A stretch of DNA of 20,517 bases from an uncultured virus (IMG/VR IMGVR_UViG_3300029309_000011) (taxonomy: Duplodnaviria; Heunggongvirae; Uroviricota; Caudoviricetes): positions 62,001-82,517 of IMG/VR virus record IMGVR_UViG_3300029309_000011. One strand, 5' to 3'. Both the position numbers and the translations under genes were made by a program. Positions within the stretch are counted from its first letter, which is position 1. Each line of letters opens with the position of its first letter. Below are positions 8,734-16,869 of this stretch, piece after piece. The notes under the pieces were generated by a model. It was not told the DNA's origin. It was given only the letters and a program-made list of their open reading frames with translations, and made no database searches.

Positions 8734-9213
8734 TTACACTGCCACCGAGTTGCTTGGGAATTTACCAGCTACATTTGGATCTGAGTACCCATTTCCACTT
8801 GCTGCTGGAGAGGATACTAAACCAGTTGGAGCCATACTATCCTGTGTTATTAGTCTATCAGCCTCAACTAATCCTCGACCTCCAGCTGTGTCAGCTCCAA
8901 AGTAAGGATCATATTTAGACATCCATACATCAACTCTTTGGGAAATACTAGGATCTTGGAAGGTGTTACCACCAAATTGTGCTTTAAAATTATAATCTGC
9001 ATTCGCAGTTTCAGCTGAAGTATCTGGAAACTCCTGATAAAATTGATCACTTCTAACATTTTCGTTAAATTTTCCACGAAATGGATCAGGGTCATTAACA
9101 TTATATCTTGGCTTTGATGGACCTGTAAAGAATTGAGCAACAGGTTTATTCTCTCTATAAGCCTTATCTTGCGGTGAAGTTAATCTTCTATTTAGGTTAG
9201 TAACAACGACCAT
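8734..9213 (-). CDS. Hypothetical protein
   Basis: 159-aa ORF tightly packed in the late operon. Confidence 0.7.
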   Translation of the reverse strand: MVVVTNLNRRLTSPQDKAYRENKPVAQFFTGPSKPRYNVNDPDPFRGKFNENVRSDQFYQEFPDTSAETANADYNFKAQFGGNTFQDPSISQRVDVWMSKYDPYFGADTAGGRGLVEADRLITQDSMAPTGLVSSPAASGNGYSDPNVAGKFPSNSVAV

Positions 9214-9216
9214 AGT

Positions 9217-9405
9217 TTAAGATTTAAATAGTGCTTTCTCTAATTGTGCAACAAGTAAATCATCAACCTCATTTCCAGTTTTAGCTGCAGCCTTTTTTAA
9301 AATAGAAACTACAAACTTTTTTATCACTTCATCAAGGTCTTCAGGTATGTTATCAACAGCTTTGTTGATAATGTTAATTGCAATTGGGAGTAAAAATTTA
9401 GTCAT
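9217..9405 (-). CDS. Small amphipathic helical protein
   Basis: 62 aa with KTGNEVDD motif, resembling small T.N..DD proteins I associate with cyanophages; function unknown. Confidence 0.7.
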   Translation of the reverse strand: MTKFLLPIAINIINKAVDNIPEDLDEVIKKFVVSILKKAAAKTGNEVDDLLVAQLEKALFKS

Positions 9406-9439
9406 AATTGTTTGTTCGTTAAGTCTAATTTAGCAAAGG

Positions 9440-10921
9440 TCACATTATGATATCACCGAGATCAGCCTGACCTTGCACTATTCTTGCTTTTGGAGAAAGA
9501 AATTCGAAAATTTCGCCTGCTTTTCTTTTTTTACCTGGTTTTGCTTCCTCCATTCCTCTATCCATATATGTATCAAAAGTGCTCGCATCTAATGACCCTT
9601 GAATGATATCTTCTGCTCTGGGAGCTACACCAAAACCATAAGTGGTGGCTTTTGTTGGTGACTGATCAATTGGTCTATTTGCCAAAACAAAACCTACTTG
9701 AGAATCACCATTGGTTGCTGGAATTCGTGTAATACCTAATGACTGATTACCTCTTTGACCTCTGACTATATCTGATCTAGCTCCCTCTACAAATTGAGCC
9801 ATAAAATTATCTCTTGCCATTCTTTTTTTAGCAGTTTTCTCTTTAAGTCTCATACGTGCAGCATCTCTTTCTTCTTGTGGTATTCCTGCTTGTATAGCTT
9901 CAAATGTTGATTGATCTTTTCCTGCTAATACATTAGGACTCCTTCCAACTTGCATTTCACTTGGTGTAGGAGCTTCATTGACAATTTGATCAATAACATT
10001 TTTATTTCTTTCCATAGCATCTAACTTTCGCATCTCTCGATGAAAATTATTTATATCTCTAGTTTGTTTATTTACAATTCCAGGAAGATTATTATCATCT
10101 TCGCCACCAACAATATCAGGATGATCTAATAATGGTGAGCTATCTCCAATACGTGGTTCAGCACTTATTCTTTCCCCTATTGCCCCTAGTAATGCTTGAT
10201 CAAGTCCTTTTTGTGACATAAATTTGTTTAAATCATTTTTACCTAATGCTGAGCCCTCCATGCCAGATCTCATTTGACTTTCTACCTGTACTGGGTCGGT
10301 AAATCCACTGGGTCTGCTATCTTGAAACTCACTGAGAACCTCTGCAACATTTGGATTTTCATCTACTACCTGTGATCCCTGTTCAATCTTTCTGTTAACA
10401 ATATTTGATGAAGTTTGATTTGGTACAAAATCTTGACCATAATAGTCCGCAGTCGTTCCATCTATTAAAGATTGGTAATAATCAGGCAAAGCTTGACTTA
10501 AGTCAATTTTTTGTACCCCAGAATTTGCCATTCTTGCTAAATCTTTTCTGCCCTCCATCTCTATAGACTTTCTTTTTGTTTTTTCCTGTTCTATCTGTAA
10601 TTCTTCAGAAGCTTGAACTGGATCACTAGTGGTAGCAGCCTCAGACTTAGTTTTATCCGACTGATTTCTTAATTGTTCTTGTATTCTTGCTTGTTCTGCC
10701 ATACTTTCAGCAACCATTGGTGCTCCTATAGCCATAACAGCACTTTTCCCAATATTTTTTACTAAATTTCCTGTTTTTTCTAATAAATTTGGTTTTCTTG
10801 CAAAATTTTTGGTAAATTCAAATACTTCAGGAGCCATTTGCATGCGAGACATAGCATCAGAAGGCATTGGAGTACCAGTCATCCGGGAATATAGTTCAAA
10901 ATCTCGTGGCGAAACAGGCAT
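9440..10921 (-). CDS. Hypothetical protein, first gene of leftward operon (putative virion protein)
   Basis: 493-aa ORF; largely low-complexity/disordered centre; no recognised motif. Confidence 0.75.
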   Translation of the reverse strand: MPVSPRDFELYSRMTGTPMPSDAMSRMQMAPEVFEFTKNFARKPNLLEKTGNLVKNIGKSAVMAIGAPMVAESMAEQARIQEQLRNQSDKTKSEAATTSDPVQASEELQIEQEKTKRKSIEMEGRKDLARMANSGVQKIDLSQALPDYYQSLIDGTTADYYGQDFVPNQTSSNIVNRKIEQGSQVVDENPNVAEVLSEFQDSRPSGFTDPVQVESQMRSGMEGSALGKNDLNKFMSQKGLDQALLGAIGERISAEPRIGDSSPLLDHPDIVGGEDDNNLPGIVNKQTRDINNFHREMRKLDAMERNKNVIDQIVNEAPTPSEMQVGRSPNVLAGKDQSTFEAIQAGIPQEERDAARMRLKEKTAKKRMARDNFMAQFVEGARSDIVRGQRGNQSLGITRIPATNGDSQVGFVLANRPIDQSPTKATTYGFGVAPRAEDIIQGSLDASTFDTYMDRGMEEAKPGKKRKAGEIFEFLSPKARIVQGQADLGDIIM

Positions 10922-11532
10922 TATTAAAAATCAAAGCATTTATAGACATAATTTTAAGTTCTATACATTCGCCCCCTAGAACGCCTTAAAAACCCTTAAA
11001 TTTGGGAAAAAAAAATTGGGGGTGTCAGGCCCGCCCTTAACAAAATGTTGCATTGTAACAAAAAAAAGAATATATAGGGGGCATTGTTACAGTATGTGAC
11101 TAGGTATTGACAGGTCCGATGGAGATTATTACAGGATTATTACATTTATCGAGCTAAATATTACAAAATAGAGCAACTTTGTAAACTTTTTGCAATTTTA
11201 AAATTTTATTTAAGTTACATTCTGTAATTTTCCCCACAAAGAAGCGAATTTCTAACAAAATGTAAAGTTTTTCCTGGTTTTGTAACGATTTTGCCCAAAA
11301 TATTGACATTTTACCCTCTTTTTATCCCTTTTTTATGAAAAATTGTAAAGAATCTCGGCCTTGCGGCCTTATATTCTGTGGAAAACTTTTGTGCAAAACT
11401 AAATTTATTCTCTTTTTTATTAGATTTATTACACTTATTAATTTTAGTTGCACTTAAATAAGTGATCGTTTATTATATTTATATAGAGTTTTTAAAACTC
11501 AATTCATCCTATTTATTAGAGGACTTTAAACA
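10922..11532. promoter_or_regulatory. Divergent non-coding control region with clustered TTACA/TGTAA motifs
   Basis: Largest ORF-free gap, at the strand switch; 12 TTACA/TGTAA pentamers between 11054 and 11433. Confidence 0.7.
11448..11476 (+). promoter_or_regulatory. sigma70-type early promoter
   Basis: TTGCAC (11448-53) - 17 nt - TATTAT (11471-76), AT-rich upstream; GAGGA SD before ATG 11533. Confidence 0.65.
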
Positions 11533-12411
11533 ATGGCTACAAAGCATACTGAAAGCATGAAAGCTTTTCAAAACAAATATAATTTAAGTTTTCAAAACTT
11601 CTTTACTTTCACTAATCCAAAAATCGAGAAAAATAACAAGATTGAAGAAATCCCAACCGCTTGCTTAATGCTAATGAATACGCCAAAAGCCTGTCCAGCA
11701 GCAGGATCTTGCCGATCTGTCTGCTTGATTACATCGGGGAATCCTATTTACAAGGATGGGAAAATGAAATGCAGATTAAGGAGAAATAATGCATTTATGC
11801 AGGATTATCAAATGTTTTTAAGATACTTAGTTATTAATTGTTTTAAACATTATTTCAAAAATAAGAATGCTTCAAAAGTGGCTTTCAGAATGAATGGGGT
11901 TTCAGATTATCCTTTCGAGTCAATTAGTGTTCAATTGACTCAAGAAGATACAGATTACATTCAAAAAGCTTTTAACATCTACATAGAGCCTATTAGGTAT
12001 GGTTCAGTGATTGAAGCGGTTCAAAAGGGTTTAGATTTAGATAATAATCAAGTACTTAGAAACTTTGTTCAATTCTATGATTATACGAAAAGGATTGATA
12101 GAGACTTTAAAAAAGCTAATGAATTAAATTATCATTTAACTTTGTCTCATGGTTCAAAGTTTGATACATTCTCAAAAGCTGTTGAAGAGGGTTTAAATTA
12201 TGCAGCAGCTTTTAATCTTAAGAAGTCTCAACCATTACCAAAGACTTTTAACTATCAAGGTAAGGAGCTAATAGTCGTCGATGGCGATGTCAGTGATTGC
12301 AGATTCCTAGATTTAAATAATGATACTCATATCATAGGTTTAAGATTTAAAATTGTAGAGAATAAAGACAACGCTAAAAAATTAGAATTCTGCATTGATA
12401 CACGCTCTTAA
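11533..12411 (+). CDS. GP88-like phage protein with Cys cluster
   Basis: CPAAGSCRSVCL, FRMNGVSD, QFYDYTK, YHLTLS, DGDVSDCRFLD, IIGLRFK motifs as in the GP88 family. Confidence 0.8.
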   Translation: MATKHTESMKAFQNKYNLSFQNFFTFTNPKIEKNNKIEEIPTACLMLMNTPKACPAAGSCRSVCLITSGNPIYKDGKMKCRLRRNNAFMQDYQMFLRYLVINCFKHYFKNKNASKVAFRMNGVSDYPFESISVQLTQEDTDYIQKAFNIYIEPIRYGSVIEAVQKGLDLDNNQVLRNFVQFYDYTKRIDRDFKKANELNYHLTLSHGSKFDTFSKAVEEGLNYAAAFNLKKSQPLPKTFNYQGKELIVVDGDVSDCRFLDLNNDTHIIGLRFKIVENKDNAKKLEFCIDTRS

Positions 12412-12423
12412 AACTTTAATAAA

Positions 12424-12474
12424 CCTCGCTTAATGCCTTTATACCTTTACTAGTATTTAAGGCATTCTGAGAGG
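12424..12474 (+). other. Long imperfect stem-loop downstream of GP88-like gene
   Basis: aatgcctt (12432-39) pairs with aaggcatt (12459-66); inner atac/gtat, outer cctc/gagg. Confidence 0.6.
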
Positions 12475-12492
12475 CTTTTAAAGCTATCTCAA

Positions 12493-12693
12493 TTAAAATT
12501 ATTTTTTATTTATTATGGAAACTAAAACAACTAAAGAATTAATCTTTGAATATGTTCATGATCATTACAAACATTTTAATTTTTATCCTAATGACGTTGA
12601 AATAAATAATATTGTTTACTCATATAAGGAATATTGGAAAATATTAGATCAAGATTAAACTTTAAAATTTAAAATTATTTTTTATTTATTATG
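12493..12693 (+). repeat. Exact 25-nt direct repeat ending in the ATG of two consecutive genes
   Basis: ttaaaattattttttatttattatg at 12493-12517 and 12669-12693. Confidence 0.9.
12515..12658 (+). CDS. Small hypothetical protein (47 aa; not in ORF track)
   Basis: METKTTKELIFEYVHDHYKHFNFYPNDVEINNIVYSYKEYWKILDQD*; same leader as the next gene. Confidence 0.75.
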   Translation: METKTTKELIFEYVHDHYKHFNFYPNDVEINNIVYSYKEYWKILDQD

Positions 12694-13101
12694 ACTACAC
12701 TTACTGACTATGGGGAATGTTTTTTAACTACTTTTCCCCACGTTCATATTAAAACCGTCTCACAAAGATATTTTAATAAAGAGCATTTATACAATATTGA
12801 TGGCTCTTTAAAGGAGCATATAAACAACATTCAAGAAGAAAATTACAATCATGGTGGCACTGGTTATAAATGCTTTTGCCCTACTCTATTCGTTACCTTA
12901 GAGTACAAAATGGATGGGGTCGCCTACATGATCAATTATGAATATGTTTTATATGAGGATGTAGAGAGCTTAAAAGAACTTGAACAGATAAAAGATAATA
13001 TCTGGAATCAAGACCCTAGCGAGAAGATCGTAGGAGAAACCTTAAACTTAATAAATTCTTTTCATGGTGGTATGGGGTGCCAATTACTTGACTATGAATA
13101 A
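12691..13101 (+). CDS. Hypothetical protein
   Basis: 136-aa ORF in early operon. Confidence 0.75.
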   Translation: MTTLTDYGECFLTTFPHVHIKTVSQRYFNKEHLYNIDGSLKEHINNIQEENYNHGGTGYKCFCPTLFVTLEYKMDGVAYMINYEYVLYEDVESLKELEQIKDNIWNQDPSEKIVGETLNLINSFHGGMGCQLLDYE

Positions 13102-13291
13102 GAAAGCTAACAAGATCCGCTTAAAAATTACTGCGGGTTGGGAAGATTTAAACTCTTTTCTCTCCACTGTTGAAAGTTACGCTCACTTTAAAAATTTTGA
13201 AATTACTTTCAATAAGACTAAGCAATGGAGAGACACCCCTATTTTTGAGGCCAAGTTGGAATTAACAAAACTTGAGGATAGAAAAAATTAA
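13094..13291 (+). CDS. Hypothetical protein
   Basis: Start moved to ATG 13094 (MNKKANK), 8-nt overlap with the previous gene. Confidence 0.65.
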   Translation: MNKKANKIRLKITAGWEDLNSFLSTVESYAHFKNFEITFNKTKQWRDTPIFEAKLELTKLEDRKN

Positions 13292-13295
13292 GTAA

Positions 13296-13324
13296 TGGAC
13301 AAGTACTACATTACGTGGTACATT
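13296..13324 (+). promoter_or_regulatory. sigma70-type promoter containing palindromic operator (copy 1)
   Basis: TGGACA -17- TACATT with extended -10 TG; GTACTAC-N5-GTGGTAC at 13303-13321. Confidence 0.75.
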
Positions 13325-13382
13325 AATTATCAAAGGTTACACCGCCTTATTTTTTAAATCACTTTATTAGGAGATTACACAC

Positions 13383-13694
13383 ATGATGGAAAGAGGATTA
13401 TTTTATTTACCATGCGGTAATAATGTTGATGACCTACCCCCCTCATTTGAGGGGTGGTATAACCCCTCTCAAAGATGGAACGGATGGTATGCCCCTTTAT
13501 TTAATGAGGAGACATACGACAAGATTTGTGCCTATTACAGCAATAAAAAGACTAATACAAAAGAGTCTATAAAAGAATTAAAAGAATACATGAATAAGGA
13601 GACTAGCAAGTCTGCATATTCAGTATCAATGGAAGGTCAGCTTTATGATTTTGGCTCTTGCATATTATGTTGGGGAAATGAGAATGATGACTAA
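13383..13694 (+). CDS. Hypothetical phage early protein (WNGW..P.F motif)
   Basis: AGGAG SD; FEGWYNPSQRWNGWYAPLF. Confidence 0.8.
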   Translation: MMERGLFYLPCGNNVDDLPPSFEGWYNPSQRWNGWYAPLFNEETYDKICAYYSNKKTNTKESIKELKEYMNKETSKSAYSVSMEGQLYDFGSCILCWGNENDD

Positions 13695-13848
13695 AAAATA
13701 TATTCATAGATACAAACTTTCCTACACTCAAATTTATAACCTTGTAGGACATCAAATTATGAATGCTTATAACAATGGCAAAATAACCTTTGATGAATTC
13801 GACCAACACTTAATTACCGCAATACAGGAGCATAACAAAAATGGATGA
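13684..13848 (+). CDS. Small hypothetical protein
   Basis: Likely start at ATG 13684/13687 (MMTKKY), overlapping both neighbours. Confidence 0.6.
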   Translation: MMTKKYIHRYKLSYTQIYNLVGHQIMNAYNNGKITFDEFDQHLITAIQEHNKNG

Positions 13849-14077
13849 ACAAACAGCATTTTATATCAGCACTCTTTTAGATGAAAAGGAAAGAGAAGTT
13901 GAGAAGGAGCAACATGCATACAATGAAATTTATAGATCAAATCCTAGTGAAGGATGTAGTATTGACCCCGAAAGAATGGTTGCATGGGGGCAAGAATTAT
14001 CTTGGGAAAGGCATATGATCTACAAAGCTCAAAAGTCTATGGATTCACTTATTAAAGAAAAGGAGATTATTAAATGA
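13841..14077 (+). CDS. Small helical protein, paralog A
   Basis: AGGAG SD; similar to the next ORF (IYKAQKSMD). Confidence 0.8.
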   Translation: MDEQTAFYISTLLDEKEREVEKEQHAYNEIYRSNPSEGCSIDPERMVAWGQELSWERHMIYKAQKSMDSLIKEKEIIK

Positions 14078-14295
14078 ATAAAGAAATCGCAGAGTATTTA
14101 AATATTCTTTTAGCTGATAGACAACGTGAATTAAAAGAAAGAGAAAAAGAATTTTTACTTATGAGTAAGGATTTACAAGATGAAAAATCAAAAGAGCTAA
14201 ACATTATTTACAAAGCACACAAAGCAATGGATTATTTTATTGAGGAAGAGGAAGAAGATCCTCTATCTGAATTTGATGCAGCCAGTTATACATAG
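14074..14295 (+). CDS. Small helical protein, paralog B
   Basis: AAGGAG SD, ATGA overlap; IYKAHKAMD; acidic tail. Confidence 0.8.
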   Translation: MNKEIAEYLNILLADRQRELKEREKEFLLMSKDLQDEKSKELNIIYKAHKAMDYFIEEEEEDPLSEFDAASYT

Positions 14296-14306
14296 GAGGA
14301 CAACTA

Positions 14307-14477
14307 ATGAAAAGAAGATACATTGATGCTTATTACAATCTCAGATCTAACACCAGTATAGATCGCTTCAATAGACAAGAATGGAACAATGCATTTAAAG
14401 CTATAGATGATCTAGCAAAAGCGGATCTGGAGGAGCTACAACAACCTAATCAAATCATCAAGGGAGATCTATTATGA
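14307..14477 (+). CDS. Small hypothetical protein (56 aa; not in ORF track)
   Basis: AGGAGG SD; MKRRYIDAYYNLRS...IIKGDLL*; ATGA overlap with the methyltransferase. Confidence 0.75.
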   Translation: MKRRYIDAYYNLRSNTSIDRFNRQEWNNAFKAIDDLAKADLEELQQPNQIIKGDLL

Positions 14478-15589
14478 ATCACCCAGAATTAAAAATCCTA
14501 GATTTATTCTCAGGTATTGGTGGCTTTTCATATGCTGCCGAAAATTTCTTTCAAGGACAATTCAAAACTACTCAATTTGTAGAAATCAATCCTTACTGCC
14601 AAAAAGTCTTATCTAAAAATTTTACAGGAGTACCAATCCATGACAACATCAAAACATTTAAAGCAACAGAGGGACAATTTGACATCATTACAGGAGGATT
14701 TCCCTGTCAGGATATCTCAGTTGCAGGACAACAAAAAGGAATCGGAGAAGGAACTAGGTCAGGATTATTTTACGAGTGCATACGGTTACTTAGGGAAATT
14801 CGACCAAAGTTCGCCATCTTTGAAAATGTTAGAAATTTACTCTCCATTGAAGAAGGGAAAGTATTCCAAGAAGTCCTCTTTCAAATTGCCCAAGCAGGGT
14901 ATGATGCTGAATGGTCAGTTGTTTCAGCAAGAGATGTGGGTGGCTGCCACCTTCGAGAGCGTGTCTGGATCTTATGCTACCCTAGCGACTCCGAATTGCA
15001 TGGACGCACTTCCCCAGAGAGGTTACGATTCGATGCTAAAACAAACTCAGGTACACAGAAAAGGAAGAACAAAACTAAGCAATCTGAGAGAGCAAGTAGA
15101 CCCCAAAGCGAGACAATTATTCGAGGAGTTACAACAGATGAAACTTCCAACTCCAACCAGTCAGGAAGCAGGGAAGGGGGATTTTTTAAAGACACTAGTA
15201 ACCAAAGATGGGAAGCCTGCAAAACTCGGACAGAGAGCATACAATCCGAAGACAGGGAAACACGTTCAGATAACTCTAGACAGAGCAGTAAAAATGAATC
15301 TACCAACACCAACATCAAGGGATTGGAAGGACTCAGGGGAGAACATGAACTACAAGAAAGCTGCGGAGAAGAAAAGGCTCGTTGGCGTACTCAACCATAC
15401 ACACTCAGACCTGACTGGAGAAGATACGACTCTGAACCCTGCCTTCGTAGAAGAAATGATGGGGTTCCCAATAGGATGGACGCAAATTGGAGAAACAGAA
15501 AAGAAAGAATAATCTGTTTAGGTAATGCTGTAACACCTCAGCAAGCTGCCATCCCACTAGGGAGAATCATTGACCTTATCAAGTCATAA
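14474..15589 (+). CDS. DNA (cytosine-5) methyltransferase, alpha polypeptide
   Basis: Motif I LDLFSGIGG, IV GGFPCQD, VI ENV, VIII RERVW, X RIICLGNAV; no recognisable motif IX, and the variable region is low-complexity. Confidence 0.93.
   Translation: MNHPELKILDLFSGIGGFSYAAENFFQGQFKTTQFVEINPYCQKVLSKNFTGVPIHDNIKTFKATEGQFDIITGGFPCQDISVAGQQKGIGEGTRSGLFYECIRLLREIRPKFAIFENVRNLLSIEEGKVFQEVLFQIAQAGYDAEWSVVSARDVGGCHLRERVWILCYPSDSELHGRTSPERLRFDAKTNSGTQKRKNKTKQSERASRPQSETIIRGVTTDETSNSNQSGSREGGFFKDTSNQRWEACKTRTESIQSEDRETRSDNSRQSSKNESTNTNIKGLEGLRGEHELQESCGEEKARWRTQPYTLRPDWRRYDSEPCLRRRNDGVPNRMDANWRNRKERIICLGNAVTPQQAAIPLGRIIDLIKS
14640..15512 (+). CDS. Nested +1-frame ORF, putative methyltransferase beta polypeptide (motif IX-like)
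   Basis: 290 codons open wholly inside the MTase; AGGAG at 14626-30, 9 nt before ATG; L(A/P)TP modules; LNPAFVEEMMGFPIGWT at C-terminus. Confidence 0.75.
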   Translation: MTTSKHLKQQRDNLTSLQEDFPVRISQLQDNKKESEKELGQDYFTSAYGYLGKFDQSSPSLKMLEIYSPLKKGKYSKKSSFKLPKQGMMLNGQLFQQEMWVAATFESVSGSYATLATPNCMDALPQRGYDSMLKQTQVHRKGRTKLSNLREQVDPKARQLFEELQQMKLPTPTSQEAGKGDFLKTLVTKDGKPAKLGQRAYNPKTGKHVQITLDRAVKMNLPTPTSRDWKDSGENMNYKKAAEKKRLVGVLNHTHSDLTGEDTTLNPAFVEEMMGFPIGWTQIGETEKKE

Positions 15590-15626
15590 AACTGATCTTT
15601 GCACACTTTTATTTACACCAAAACTA

Positions 15627-15836
15627 ATGAAACAAGATGTATTACAGGACATTGCCTGCCTATCTTTAATGAGATCAGGAGGTCAAAAGTGGAAAGATGA
15701 TTGTCTCAAAGCTATTGAATTAATTAAACAAGGTAATTTTGATACTGATATTGATGAATTTAATCAAGATAATGCTGACATTGAAACCGTATCAGATTAC
15801 ATACTTCAAAAAATTAGGAGAACTAGCAATGCATGA
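15627..15836 (+). CDS. Hypothetical protein
   Basis: Start moved to ATG 15627 (MKQDVLQ), after a CACTTTTATT leader. Confidence 0.7.
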   Translation: MKQDVLQDIACLSLMRSGGQKWKDDCLKAIELIKQGNFDTDIDEFNQDNADIETVSDYILQKIRRTSNA

Positions 15837-16014
15837 TTTTTTACAAGAGATTTACTTTGACTATTGTCAGAAGCACGATCTACCAAAAATAGGTGCGATT
15901 GGTAAAGAAGTTTATTTATCCGCAGATGATTATTTAGCTAGTGACCTTCTTCTCACTGAGGATGTAACTTCATGGCTAAAAAACTTTATAACTTTATGGG
16001 AAAAGGAGGTATAA
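15829..16014 (+). CDS. Hypothetical protein
   Basis: Start moved to ATG 15829 (MHDFLQ), with AGGAG SD. Confidence 0.7.
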   Translation: MHDFLQEIYFDYCQKHDLPKIGAIGKEVYLSADDYLASDLLLTEDVTSWLKNFITLWEKEV

Positions 16015-16017
16015 GAA

Positions 16018-16272
16018 ATGCAAATTAAATCTAAAAACGATTGCATGATTATTGACTATTACCCAATCATGACTCCTACCAAAAAATTATTAGCTAATTA
16101 TCGTTTGAGAGTTTTAACTTTTATTGGACAGACTCAAAACAAAGAAATAATTTCTGAAAAAGAAATGATGGCTGATAGAGAATTATTACTTAAAGATGGT
16201 TCTTTCAAAATTAGTTGTCAAACTAACCGCCCACCACAACTTATGACATTTACGGAGGTTACTAATGCCTAA
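16018..16272 (+). CDS. Hypothetical protein
   Basis: AAGGAGGT SD; 84 aa. Confidence 0.8.
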   Translation: MQIKSKNDCMIIDYYPIMTPTKKLLANYRLRVLTFIGQTQNKEIISEKEMMADRELLLKDGSFKISCQTNRPPQLMTFTEVTNA

Positions 16273-16741
16273 AACAATTACAAAAAAACCAAAAACAATT
16301 ACAGTTTCAAAACTATCTCATAGACAGTCCAGAAAGGGTTGGATCTCATATAACTGTGAGCTAAGAGTAGGAAGGACTTGTTATGCTGCTGTAGACCAAG
16401 AGGGATGCGGAGGTGATGAGCGAGTCGATTGGGTTAATGTTGATCATTACTTATTTATTCACCATTGGATTTTAGATACTCAAAAAGATTTTCTAAGAAA
16501 GAATGATGTTGAATGGATTGATACTTATGTTCAATTAGGCTACAAAAAACTTGAAGATTCTTACAAAGAAAAACAAGAATTAATTAAAAAATATAATTTA
16601 TGGGATAAGTTAGCTAAGAAACAACCTAAGACATGGCCTGAAGCTAGAGAAATCCAAGAGAAGTTAGGTTTCTTTGATGACATGGTTGGCTCTTGGACAA
16701 CTATATATGTAGAAAACAAAGTAGGGGATAAATATAACTAA
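16265..16741 (+). CDS. Hypothetical phage early protein
   Basis: GGAGGT SD; 158 aa, VDQEGCGG motif. Confidence 0.8.
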   Translation: MPKTITKKPKTITVSKLSHRQSRKGWISYNCELRVGRTCYAAVDQEGCGGDERVDWVNVDHYLFIHHWILDTQKDFLRKNDVEWIDTYVQLGYKKLEDSYKEKQELIKKYNLWDKLAKKQPKTWPEAREIQEKLGFFDDMVGSWTTIYVENKVGDKYN

Positions 16742-16869
16742 TGGGGGAATCTTTTATACATGAAGTATTCAAAGCTCTTTATGGAGATGAGTATGAACAT
16801 GAGGGATGGTCTTATGATGATGCCCTTAAAAAAATTAAAACTTTAGTAAAACAATCGGAGCAAAACTAA
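16741..16869 (+). CDS. Small hypothetical protein (42 aa; not in ORF track)
   Basis: MGESFIHEVFKALYGDEYEHEGWSYDDALKKIKTLVKQSEQN*; TAATG coupling at both ends. Confidence 0.75.
   Translation: MGESFIHEVFKALYGDEYEHEGWSYDDALKKIKTLVKQSEQN

Noticed and set aside
1863..9140. Short alternative ORFs 1863-2051, 2534-2773, 3893-4153, 8723-8905, 8868-9140
   Set aside because: Antisense or short out-of-frame ORFs inside better-supported genes, with no motifs.
11107..11308. Two perfect TTGACA hexamers (11107, 11303)
   Set aside because: No acceptable -10 at about 17 nt downstream.
11054..11433. NtcA sites (GTA-N8-TAC) among the TGTAA/TTACA motifs
   Set aside because: The pairs I checked lack the required spacing and orientation.
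14474..15589. Methyltransferase as frameshifted pseudogene or assembly error
   Set aside because: Both frames are intact, and the main frame contains both N-terminal motifs and motif X.
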